Shown: piece after piece, positions 19,564 through 29,481 of the stretch
Numbering within the stretch: position 1 is the first letter of the stretch
Layout of the letters: every line of letters starts with the position of its first letter
Assembly: GCA_000002445.1 (NCBI GenBank)
Contig: CM000207.1
Coordinates: 1,920,001-1,984,000, forward strand
From: Trypanosoma brucei
Lineage: Eukaryota
DNA length: 64,000 bases
Direction of reading: 5' to 3'
Made by a program: the position numbers and the translations under genes
The notes under the pieces: generated by a model
Told to the model about the DNA's origin: nothing
Database searches by the model: none
What the model saw: the letters and a program-made list of their open reading frames with translations, nothing else

Positions 19564-19847
19564 TGTGATAAGGTAGAGGAGGAAGCACTTGTGCTGTTCC
19601 TTTGTTACCGGGCCAAAACAAAGGAAGTGAAAGACAGTGGGAAAGTGTAAAAAATAAAAGGGGGTTCTGATTGCACAGCAATCTGACCTTGACCTTTCGA
19701 TCTCATTTACAAGCGGTTGCGTCACGCTGTGTAAAGCTTTCAAAGTTGGTGTTAATCAAGACAAACAGATAGTATTGTTTCTCTCCAATCCACGCCTCTG
19801 CGTGCGGGATAATATTTGTTTTGGCAGTAATAGATTGCGGTTTCGTC

Positions 19848-20939
19848 ATGGTAGCAACTATTACCTTCAAGTTGCGATCCAGCAATCATGTCGGCATTAT
19901 CGAAGTGCCCCATCGCGTTATTTCGTGTCGGGAAATAAAGGAGGCAATCGCGGAGAAGTTAAGTGGCTCGCCTGATGAAATTGACATATTCGTCTCGGGC
20001 AGTTCTGATTACTTGCATCCCAATGATGAACTCCCTGCATACACGGTAGTGGAAGTGGTTCGCCATGTTGGAACTGGAAGACCGCCGCCAAAGCGCGAGC
20101 GTGAACCTGTAGGACCTTCGAATCTTTCTAGCGCCATGAGTCACGCTGCCGTGCGGGCAGGAAACAAAAATGGCGATACGGCAACGCCACTCACTGAGGA
20201 AGAGCGGTTGGCGCAACTTAGTGAAGCTGTTGCTGTTGAAACAGGCATTGATGAAGTTGGGGCATGGCGAATGCGGCAGATGCGAAACCGCAGCGCAGCT
20301 ATGGGAGGTGGGGGTCGCGAGGTCACATTTCGCCCTCCGCCACCAGGTTACATATGCCATAACTGCGGCAAGAGAGGGCACTTAATTCAGCACTGCCCCG
20401 CGGCAAAGGGGGTAAGAGGAGTGAAGTTACTTTCACTTCCAACTGGAATCCCAGAAACAATGCTAGTTGAGTGCACAATGGATGACCCGGCGGCGAAGTT
20501 TGTAACGAGGGATGGCAGGTTAGTGAAAAGGAAATTAGACAATGCGAGTTTCGTTGGGATTGTGACAACAAGTAATGCGGATGGAGTCAAACCAGATTTC
20601 CCATCAGAAGGCGGCAACAACAGGAACGATAGCCCAAACTCTGAGAAGTTGGAAACTCCAGATGCAGGTGGTGACGCCGCTGCAAAGCCGCAGTTCCTCT
20701 GTGCTTGGGATTCTGTTATTGTTAAAAATGCCATGAAAGCCCCGTGCTGTGGAGCTCTTTTCTGTGAAACATGTTTGAACGAAAGAGTGGAGGAGGCAAT
20801 TAGTCGAGCGGATGCAAGTGAAATTCCGCTTTTGTGTCCTGGATGCGAGGAGCCGTTGGATGTACCAGACGTTGTTGAAGCAACAGAGGAACGGAAGCTA
20901 GTTGAAGCCCTCCGCTCAGGGAAGCGTGCGCGGGACTGA
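19848..20939 (+). CDS. RBBP6/Mpe1-like protein with DWNN domain, CCHC zinc knuckle and RING/U-box-like finger. Probable mRNA 3'-end processing (CPF) component or E3 ligase.
   Basis: N-terminus (TFKLRSSNHVGIIEVPHRVISCREIKEAIAEKL) aligns with the DWNN ubiquitin-like domain. CYxCGKxGHxIxxCP knuckle (CHNCGKRGHLIQHCP). C-terminal PCCGALFCETC...CPGC matches the RBBP6 RING. The first ATG is 19848; the ORF track start at 19821 is TTG. Confidence 0.8.
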   Translation: MVATITFKLRSSNHVGIIEVPHRVISCREIKEAIAEKLSGSPDEIDIFVSGSSDYLHPNDELPAYTVVEVVRHVGTGRPPPKREREPVGPSNLSSAMSHAAVRAGNKNGDTATPLTEEERLAQLSEAVAVETGIDEVGAWRMRQMRNRSAAMGGGGREVTFRPPPPGYICHNCGKRGHLIQHCPAAKGVRGVKLLSLPTGIPETMLVECTMDDPAAKFVTRDGRLVKRKLDNASFVGIVTTSNADGVKPDFPSEGGNNRNDSPNSEKLETPDAGGDAAAKPQFLCAWDSVIVKNAMKAPCCGALFCETCLNERVEEAISRADASEIPLLCPGCEEPLDVPDVVEATEERKLVEALRSGKRARD

Positions 20940-21323
20940 TTGCTCTGTCAAGAGATCCGACTCCTAGTGCATTCATAGCAGTTTCATTTGACGCATTACT
21001 TTCCGGTCTTTCTTTTCTCTTTTTTCATTCTGGTGTGTGGCACGCTGGGCTTTTGGGTTTAGGTAATTTTTTTTTTTTACGACACCACCTGTGAGATGCA
21101 ATTCCATCCATAACGTAAGCAGAATGTGTCTGGCAGATGCGTCATTTTTATTGATTATTTTTGCATCATACCTCGAATAAGCGTGTACGTTGTTTCTGCA
21201 CTTGTTCTACTTCCCTTTTCTAATGAAAAGGACGGTTAAAAATACGTTATGACATCCGTTGTATAGTTTCAAAACGTGTTTGCGCTTTCGTTTTTCTAAT
21301 ATTCTTTGATGAACGTGCAATAT

Positions 21324-21365
<42 letters not shown>
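21324..21365. repeat. (AC)8(AT)12 compound microsatellite
   Basis: tatcacacacacacacacacatatatatatatatatatatatata read directly. Confidence 0.9.
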
Positions 21366-21413
21366 CTCCCACGCAATATTTATCTATTTATTGATATAGT
21401 TATATACTAGGGG

Positions 21414-22229
21414 ATGAGTAGTATCTTCACCTATGGTGCGTTGGGTCGCAACCCTGCAGCCACCAAATACGGTATGATGGCTGCCATATCCTCTAAATGC
21501 GGTACGAAAAATTTTATCTACACAAGTTGTCACGACGACCGTCACCCGTTTCCGAGACACCACCACCGCCAAAGTGACGTGCCATGGAAACACTCCTTAT
21601 GGTGGAATAAACTTCGGTGGTGGTGGCACGACTTTCGTATGTTTGGGTTGAAGGGTACTATTAGGCGCCACTACTACATTGGTGAAGCATGGAGACGAAA
21701 AGATGAGAAGATATTTGTTGGAAAGGATGAGAACGGAAACAAATATTGGCTAGCCCGTCGTTCCCCCGGTTCCTTTCATGTGCGTATGGTTGAAGCTGCT
21801 GATCCGCACTGGTTCAGAGGCCAAGCCCCACACACCGCCTCACCCATGTGGATGAAATGGATGCAAGGAAATGCCGCCCACACGCCCGCTCAAGTGAAGG
21901 CAAGAGGTGAGTGGGGACACAACTCTCGCTTAGGTATGCCCCTGCCGTTTAATATCAAATATGACGAGTTTTCCCCTATTAACAATGGTGAGGTGTTCTC
22001 CCGTGATCCTATGTGGGTATCTGCACCGGGGTTGTTAGTGAACCCGGAACGGCGTGCGTTGGAAGAGGCGGGTTATTCCCGTTGGGTCATCAATAAGGGA
22101 ATGCCGCAATATATGCCCTTCTGTGGCGTACATGATTATCCAGATGAACTGGTGGAGGAGTATTATAGAGGACAGTGGGCGTTCGGGCGGGCTAGCAAAG
22201 GTAACGACCACGATGAGTGGAGAAACTAA
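21414..22229 (+). CDS. NDUFA12 (B17.2)-family protein of 271 aa, with an N-terminal extension of about 90 aa. Possible complex I subunit or assembly-factor paralogue.
   Basis: FVGKDENGNKYW...HVRMV...PMWMKWMQG aligns to the NDUFA12 core (VGEDKYGNKYYE...HRWV...PPEWHRWLH). Confidence 0.55.
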   Translation: MSSIFTYGALGRNPAATKYGMMAAISSKCGTKNFIYTSCHDDRHPFPRHHHRQSDVPWKHSLWWNKLRWWWHDFRMFGLKGTIRRHYYIGEAWRRKDEKIFVGKDENGNKYWLARRSPGSFHVRMVEAADPHWFRGQAPHTASPMWMKWMQGNAAHTPAQVKARGEWGHNSRLGMPLPFNIKYDEFSPINNGEVFSRDPMWVSAPGLLVNPERRALEEAGYSRWVINKGMPQYMPFCGVHDYPDELVEEYYRGQWAFGRASKGNDHDEWRN

Positions 22230-22389
22230 GAGAATGAAAGAAACAAAAGAAAAAGAATGCTGGAACACTATCGCATATACATATATATATACCTATATGT
22301 ATGTGTGTGTGTGATCCTGCTGTTAAGTAGTAGTACTGATCTCTTTTCAACTCTCACTACCTAGATGTTTATTTGGGTTTGTTGGCTCA

Positions 22390-22407
22390 CTCTCTCTCTC
22401 TCTCTCA
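22390..22407. repeat. (TC)9 microsatellite
   Basis: ctctctctctctctctct. Confidence 0.85.
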
Positions 22408-23246
22408 TCTAGTTAGCTCCTTTTATGTTTAATCATGTTGATTTGCTAATTTATTTGGCGGAAGGTTTTTATTTTATTTTTTTGAGGGAGGGGGGAGGGT
22501 GGTGAGGGGAGAGCGTGACGAATGTGAAAGGATGGCGGAGGTTAACGATGTGACGGAACAGTGTTAGGACAGACTAGAAAATAAAAAAGGAAGAGGAAAA
22601 ACGTGCTTGAGAAGAAAACCTCAAGACAATTATTACACGTGTGTTGACCTGAACAACTTTGCTTTGGTTCAGTGGGTAGTCCTTTCCTTCATCAGGTAAC
22701 GAAGTAACCCCAAGGGGTAAGGGAGGGGGGAAAGGAAACCTTCGTAAAGTGGTTGTAGCTGTTTTTTTTTTAAATATCATCGTGCTGCTATATATATATA
22801 TATAAGAGAACCATCCTGCACTGGATGTCTGCCGATCGCTTCGGTCAGATAAGCGGCTACAAGGGCGAGTAGCGAAAAGTAGTGGTGTTTCAATGAGTAG
22901 GTTTTCGTAGTATATTACTATTAGCGTTTAGAAAAATTTTGTTGACACGGACGAAGGATATTTAGTTCATTGTACATAACCTATGACTTTCCGGGAGTAT
23001 TCAAAAATTGAGCGTGAACAATCGCTTTTAGAAGGGCTTCTTGTTTTTCATCATTTTTAAAAACTTTTTTCTCTACTCTACTCCATTTATTTTTTTTAAT
23101 GCTCCATCAGTCATATAAAGATATATATATATATTTACGGAAGTATTAACCGAAGTATACCACCTGAGGCGAAGAATAAAAGGGGAAAAAATAAAAAATA
23201 AGAAAACGGGCTGTATTAGCGCTTAGAAACGCGTGCACTTGTTCGT

Positions 23247-23984
23247 ATGCATTGGGGGTATCGGCATGCGCTCGAAGTGGCACTGATATCGTTTTATCTC
23301 GGTGTATGTTTTACGCTGGGTGTTTCCTTAATGATTCATAGCGTATATTACACCGGAAGTGTTGCCGAATACGCCGTTGGGGCGTATGTTATTAGTTCAA
23401 TAGTGCTTTTCCATATGAGCGAATTCCTTGTGGCCGTATATTTCCTCCGGCATGACGCCCATCCGGGTGCATTCATGATATTTCACTCGCGTGAGTATAC
23501 CGTTGCAGGTGCCGCTGCCTGGTTGGAGTTCTTTACGGAACTTTTTTTCTGTTCTGAAGGCTGGAAGGTTTCCGCAACATCACGTTGGGGTTGGTTGTTT
23601 CGTCTCAACTACACTATGGTGAACTGTGCAGCTGTTTTGACTATATTTTTCTACTTGGTGCGTGTGTGTGGTATGGCACATTGTGGATGTAATTTTTCAT
23701 TGTTGATTGAGACGAGGCGAAGATCAAATCACGTACTCGTCACAGACGGTATTTACTCAATATTGCGTCATCCCGCTTATTTTGGGTATTTCTGGACGGC
23801 TCTCTTCTCACAACTTGTATTGGCAAACCCCTTTTGTTTCATGGCGTATGCCATTGTTTTGATACGTTTCTTCAAGGAGCGTATAACATATGAGGAAACA
23901 GTTCTGTCCAGTGTGGAGTTCTTTGGTGAATCTTACATGAAATATAAAGCTGGAACATGGGTGGGGATTCCTTTCATTCGTTAG
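23247..23984 (+). CDS. ICMT: Protein-S-isoprenylcysteine O-methyltransferase (ICMT/Ste14 family), polytopic membrane protein
   Basis: Several hydrophobic helices. Signature GIYSILRHPAYFGYFW (RHPxY), and C-terminal EExxL...FGxxYxxYxxxxxxxIPF (ERITYEETVLSSVEFFGESYMKYKAGTWVGIPF). Confidence 0.82.
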   Translation: MHWGYRHALEVALISFYLGVCFTLGVSLMIHSVYYTGSVAEYAVGAYVISSIVLFHMSEFLVAVYFLRHDAHPGAFMIFHSREYTVAGAAAWLEFFTELFFCSEGWKVSATSRWGWLFRLNYTMVNCAAVLTIFFYLVRVCGMAHCGCNFSLLIETRRRSNHVLVTDGIYSILRHPAYFGYFWTALFSQLVLANPFCFMAYAIVLIRFFKERITYEETVLSSVEFFGESYMKYKAGTWVGIPFIR

Positions 23985-25075
23985 CGCCCACTTCTCCATT
24001 TGCGCGTTTGGCGGAACGGTTGTTGTGGAGCCTGAAAACCAACCTTCTTTTATTCTTCACATGTGGGGGTGGGGGCTAGTGACTAAAACAAAAAAAAAGA
24101 AGAGGAATTTGTATGATCGCTTCTTTGCCACACCTCTTGGTATTTGCTCTCCAGTTTCTTTGCGTCTTTTTTTTTTTAATTTCCCACGCATTATCTTTTT
24201 TTCTTCCTTTTCTGGTCCCTTCATTTCTCCCTTTCAATGGCTGCGTGGCTGTGAAAAGTGGTGGGATGGTGGAAGACATTTTAGACGTTGCGATGTACTT
24301 TTTTTTTTAACTTTTTGTGACTTTGGATGGTAACAGACGGAGGCGAAGAACGCGGAGCGAAAGTTTTCTGCTTCATTTTATCAATAAGTGTCTTTAGGAA
24401 AGGGGAACACAACGCGAATTAATTCTTTTTTTTTGTTTGCACTGGAGGCCGCATGTTTCGTGACGTTGCCGCCACTTCTTTCACGTTGGTGTCGTGTTGT
24501 ACAATTCTTGTACTGAGTGGAAGACTCCGTTCATTTATCGAACGTTTTATTGCTTCCTTTGTAAAAAAAAAAAAGAAGAATGACCTGAGTAATGACTTGT
24601 ACATTAAGATGTGCGTGAGGATAGATCTTTATACGCATGTCGAGTACGTCATAATTTACCTTACATCAGTTAACAACTGCGATTAACTTGTGTGTTCCTT
24701 AAAAACAGTACAAGAATTGGTCATTCATCATTATTACAAATTGGGTTGTTCGTTGTGTCTGTTTGTTCTTTCTTTTTTTTTTTCTTTTGAAGAGAAATTG
24801 TCGAAACCCATGAGTTAGCTTGCAAATTTGACAATTTTTTCCCTCATGGAATTAGACAATTTGTTCTATTATTCTTTTATTTGTGTACCATTTGCTGTGC
24901 TTTTGACGAAGTAACTGTGTAGTTTCCTCTTATTATCATTGTTTTTTTTTCAATTCCCTAGTCTTCCTTATAGGTGAGTTGGTTCACTTTTTTTTTTTCG
25001 AATATAAAATAAATAGAGTTGTGAGCAGTTTCCTTCGCGTTTGCGTATATTTTGGCTTACTTCTGTGGTGTTGTT

Positions 25076-26419
25076 ATGGTAACGTGGGCGCTGAAGTATT
25101 TTGTTCGCGTAGTCCGATGGTCGACAGAAGCATTCCTAATTTGGCCCACACGGCCACTTTTTGACTATGCCACCTCATTGCATTGTGTTCCCATAAGCGG
25201 CACATTTATTACTTCGGTTCTGCTCTGCTTCTACGGGTTCCCACTTTTCTGGTCTACCGCCATGGTTGCTGTCGGGTTTATCATCTCCGGTGTGTTATTT
25301 CTTGTGAGCCCTCTTCCACTATTGAAACCCATTGGCGGTCGCTATAGCGTGGGCCTTGTGCATATGAACGGCTGCCGTTCCCAATCCATACCACCAGTAG
25401 CTGTGTTTTATCCTACTAATATGGTCCCAGAGAAAAAGGGACTACCGTATGTCCCGTTTGGAGATGACCGTTTTCTTCGGGGCGTGGCGGCGTATGCAAA
25501 CGTGCCATTTTTCTTCATAAGGGATTTCTCCTTTGTTCGCATCAGTGCGTCCCGAAACGCGGTGCCCGCCGCTTTGCTCAACCAATATGAGAGAGTGCCA
25601 CCTATTGTTGTGTTCAGTCACGGTCTTGCCGGATACCATTTGTTCTACAGTTGCTTTGCGTTGGATCTTGCGGCGCGGGGTGCAATCGTGATTTGTCTTG
25701 GCCATTGCGACAATAGTGCTTCTTTCATGCGTGACAGTAGCGGTAAGGAAAGTGAAGTTCCGCTCAAGGACTATGGATGGGAGGTACCCGCACGTGAAGC
25801 CCAAGTTGCACAAAGGGTAAGCGAGGTGAGGGGAACACTTCAACGCCTAACGGAAAAGGACTTTTGGACAACTTTGGGCTACATTAATTCAGATATTGAC
25901 AAGTTTCTTAGCAAACCGTTGCAGGTACATCTTGCGGGTCATTCATTTGGCGGTGCCACTGTACTCGCGGCTGCATTAGAAGAGAACCAAAATCCCGTGA
26001 AGGGAGTCAGCGTAAAGAGCGTGTATACGTTTGACCCATGGATGGTACCAATACAAAATGAACATTTTTGCAACCCGCTTTCTGATGGCCGTAAATCCTA
26101 TACTGTTCCAACGGTTACTGTGCATTCAGACGACTGGGTAAAAGATTCTGAGAGTTGGGAATTCTTTAAAAGGATGAAAGCGCTGGTGTTAGAACAATCT
26201 GCATATGCTTCGCTCAATGAAGTGGAGAAACAAGCGCTCTTTGGTATTGTGGTCACGAAGAATACGAACCACCTTTCTCTTGTAGATGTCTCTGTACTCA
26301 GTCCCGTCATGCATGGAAATATCTGGGCCACAGTGTCACCGCGAGTACAAATTATGGAGTGGTGTAATGCACTTCTTCGCTTCGCAAAGCAAAATACCGA
26401 AGTGTGTTCAACGTGTTAG
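25076..26419 (+). CDS. PAF-acetylhydrolase (PLA2G7)-family serine lipase with a hydrophobic N-terminus of about 95 aa (2-3 predicted TM helices)
   Basis: GGRYSVGLVHMNG and VVFSHGLAGYHLFYSCFALDLAARGAIVICLGHCDNSAS align with the PLA2G7 N-terminal block ([41 protein letters not shown]). Nucleophile elbow GHSFGGAT is present. The first ATG is 25076; the ORF track start at 25052 is TTG. Confidence 0.75.
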   Translation: MVTWALKYFVRVVRWSTEAFLIWPTRPLFDYATSLHCVPISGTFITSVLLCFYGFPLFWSTAMVAVGFIISGVLFLVSPLPLLKPIGGRYSVGLVHMNGCRSQSIPPVAVFYPTNMVPEKKGLPYVPFGDDRFLRGVAAYANVPFFFIRDFSFVRISASRNAVPAALLNQYERVPPIVVFSHGLAGYHLFYSCFALDLAARGAIVICLGHCDNSASFMRDSSGKESEVPLKDYGWEVPAREAQVAQRVSEVRGTLQRLTEKDFWTTLGYINSDIDKFLSKPLQVHLAGHSFGGATVLAAALEENQNPVKGVSVKSVYTFDPWMVPIQNEHFCNPLSDGRKSYTVPTVTVHSDDWVKDSESWEFFKRMKALVLEQSAYASLNEVEKQALFGIVVTKNTNHLSLVDVSVLSPVMHGNIWATVSPRVQIMEWCNALLRFAKQNTEVCSTC

Positions 26420-27945
26420 CAATCCGTGATGGTGTCATGCCCTTTTCAAAGTGAATCGCCCTCGAGGCACAGTTATTTGATACTGGGCCGGTAGGTCATA
26501 TCGAGCTGGCCTTAGGTTTTGTGGTTTTATGTTGCTTATCATGTTTTGATTTTGACTGAATTTATGGCTGTGCTGCGTACCCCCATTCACTGAAACTTGT
26601 CCGCAAATTGTTCGAGAGAAGATTATTAGCGAGCAAATGGGGAGAAGCATTTTGTAACGACGGCTTAAAGCGTTCGCCACGGTAATTTGTTTTTTTTCAA
26701 GAATATATTTTAATTCCCTGAGGAGATCAATCAGTCAAGGGGAAACTTTCGTCCGGAGTGAAATGCGGGTGGGGGAGGGAAATTACTGGGATTTTGTGTA
26801 GTAACGATCCGTGGTAATGTACTTTCACATCCCATCCATTCACACAATCACATACATATGCATACAAACATACTTACATTATGTATGCATTTACAACTGT
26901 TTGTGTATATATAAGGGTGAGAGCTGCGGTGAAGATGAGGAGGAGGCGATAAAAGCGAGAAATATAGTCGCGGCAGTTAAGTGAAGGGAACGTTTGAAAA
27001 GGAGCACCGGCGGCAACATAAACCGGGATGACTGAGAGATTATTGAGCACTTTCTTCCATGCTGTTATTAACATAAAGAAAAAAAGGGGAGGGAGTTCAC
27101 AAGGGTTGCTTTGCGATAAAAAGGAAGAAAAAAATCATCACATAGACATAGCGTCGAGTGTCATGATGCATGAAGGTCTCGTTGATGGGGTAGCAATCGT
27201 AAGATTGGGCAATGCGCTACCAAGGGTAGAATAAGTAAACAGAAGAAGTCAGTGAGGGGAAAGAGAAAGAAGAAGGGAAAACAACAGGGAAAGACAAAAA
27301 TAAAAAAGAACTCAAACCCTTTTACACGCTAAAAAAAAAATAGGTGCGCTGTATTCTTACATTTAAAAAAAAAATGTTTTAATTGTGTTATTTCCTGACA
27401 AACATAGCTGGTAGGTATTTTCTTACTCTCCAGCACACATATCCCAGGGCTACATTTTGCTCGGAGAAGAGTACTCACTTTCTTCTTTTTTTTCCATTCA
27501 TAACTTTTATTTTTATTGTTCATTTAATTGTAACGTTAACAATAGTATTGCAAATTAAGGAACTAGGAAAGACAATTTGGATGTTTATGTGTGGGCACCA
27601 ACTGTTGCTACTTTTGTTGGTATATCTATACACGTAGATATATCGCCATTGTGACTCTCACGCGCACCATTTTTGACGGCCGCTGTTTTTTGTTGTTTTT
27701 TTTTTTTGCTTTCCATCAGCTGTGAAGCATTTAAGGGGAATTTTTTTTATTTGTTATTGAGGGGAGTATCGGCTGTCCCCTACGGTATGTTGATGTTGAA
27801 AAAGTCTGCGCCATCACGCGTTTGTTTAATGAGATTCTTCTTCAAACTGCTATTTTTCACCGTCACCATAAGATTTGTCTCACGACGTACTTTTTTTTGG
27901 TTTTTTTTTTGGTTTTCAGCATGTATTCTAAAGTAGCGTTTACAA

Positions 27946-29130
27946 ATGCTCGGTGCAGGCACGTGGTTTATCGGATTTGGAATACCCGCGGTGCTCGCTG
28001 GGGGTTTTGTCGCGTCTCGTAAACGTCTGGCATATCAATGGCGTGAAGAACTGATGGACCCCGATGGGGGCGCCTACCCGCCCCTCACGGATGCGGATAT
28101 GGAATTTATCCGCCACGTCACTCCTCCCGAGTGGCCGTTACCGGAGGGACAGTTACCAACAGCTAAGAAAGTTACGGGATTATTTGTCTCCCCTGATGTA
28201 TTATCGGGTGATGAGGGTGGCGCATTGCTGGACGAAGTGAAACGTTGGATTGCATTGTATGGACAAAAGGTGGACCTTCGAAAGGTTGCGTTTGCCGAAT
28301 CCCAGGCTCAGTCAGAAGGAGTAGATATCGGTTTTTACAGTGATATTGCAATTATTTCGGATCATGCAGAAGACATTCAGTTGATGAAGGCACCATGGGA
28401 AACAGGAGATCGCATTAAGCATCATAAAATGCCTTCCTCACTGCGGTACATGGTAAACAAGATGCAGAGGAAATTTGAGGGGTTAGGTCGTCTTCGTCAC
28501 GTTTATGTCGAGTATTCGCCCAGCGGGAGGTTTTACCACGAACCAAAACCAACGAAGGCCTTTGATGGTCACGATTATGTTGTCATTCCTCTACGACGGG
28601 ATCAAAATGCCACCGTAGTAACATTTGCGCCACTGTTGCGCTCACGATGTTCATTTGTGAAAGAGGTGCTGATGCGATCTTGGACGTCACATGATGTGGA
28701 CGTTATTATACCCCCGGGCAGTGCCCTTCGGGTATATGGGTCAGCACGGTATGAATGGGGCTGGGGCATACGTCCTGGAAACGTTTGGTTCGGTAACTAT
28801 CGGAATTCAATTCGCCACATCGATGCCATTCGAACTCCATTTTATCTGCATAATATATTGTCGTCAATGGCGTGCCGTATTTTACGACCCGCACCGTCTG
28901 TCAAGGAAAGTGATGCGGCGCTCGTGGTGCTGCACTTTGACGGCCCTCGTGACTTTGACAAACCACGCTCACTACTGCTTCAACCAGAATCCTTGATATT
29001 TGGTCGCCCGCCGACGGTGGAGACGTATGAAAAGTGGGTGGAGGAAAAGCCTACAACAGAGTCAGTGCGTAACGAGGGCGTTTTCCTTTTCATGGTGAAA
29101 AATTACGTGGAGATGCTGAGAGTAACGTAA
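27946..29130 (+). CDS. Conserved hypothetical protein of 394 aa with an N-terminal hydrophobic segment. It weakly resembles the AlkB-like 2OG-Fe(II) oxygenase core.
   Basis: Long ORF with ATG start and protein-like composition. VEYSPSGRFYHEPKP...VVIPL...DVDVIIPPGSALRVYG loosely resembles the AlkB NxYxPGxxxxxHxD ... DVVVxxGxSRxxYHG pattern, but the second His is not obvious. Confidence 0.5.
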   Translation: MLGAGTWFIGFGIPAVLAGGFVASRKRLAYQWREELMDPDGGAYPPLTDADMEFIRHVTPPEWPLPEGQLPTAKKVTGLFVSPDVLSGDEGGALLDEVKRWIALYGQKVDLRKVAFAESQAQSEGVDIGFYSDIAIISDHAEDIQLMKAPWETGDRIKHHKMPSSLRYMVNKMQRKFEGLGRLRHVYVEYSPSGRFYHEPKPTKAFDGHDYVVIPLRRDQNATVVTFAPLLRSRCSFVKEVLMRSWTSHDVDVIIPPGSALRVYGSARYEWGWGIRPGNVWFGNYRNSIRHIDAIRTPFYLHNILSSMACRILRPAPSVKESDAALVVLHFDGPRDFDKPRSLLLQPESLIFGRPPTVETYEKWVEEKPTTESVRNEGVFLFMVKNYVEMLRVT

Positions 29131-29481
29131 ATATGATAGGTGTGTATCATCATCTCCCCTTTCCTTTGTGAACGTGTATGTGATCATCATTACGGTTGCT
29201 CTGTTTTTTGGAGGCACTCCGTCGCAGTGTTTGCTTGTTGGTATAGTTGTTGTTTTTTGCAGAATTTCCCGATGCTGAATGGACAACTGAAATCGTACTA
29301 TTCACATAGGGAGTTGCTTGATCGCTTGATTGGTGAATGGGAAGTAAACGACGTCGGCCTACTTGTATTTACATAGCCGTCTAGCGTTGATTACCACACA
29401 AACATACCCTAGTGTTTATTATCCCTATTCCCTTCTGTTGTATGAAACATTTTACTAGCACAAAGGCGAAATATCAGCGAC

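Noticed and set aside
27383-27936. + strand ORFs of 84 and 87 aa (F/L-rich) in the 1.5-kb gap after the PAF-AH-like gene
   Set aside because: Translations of poly-T/poly-pyrimidine tracts (FFFLL...). These are low-complexity UTR sequence.
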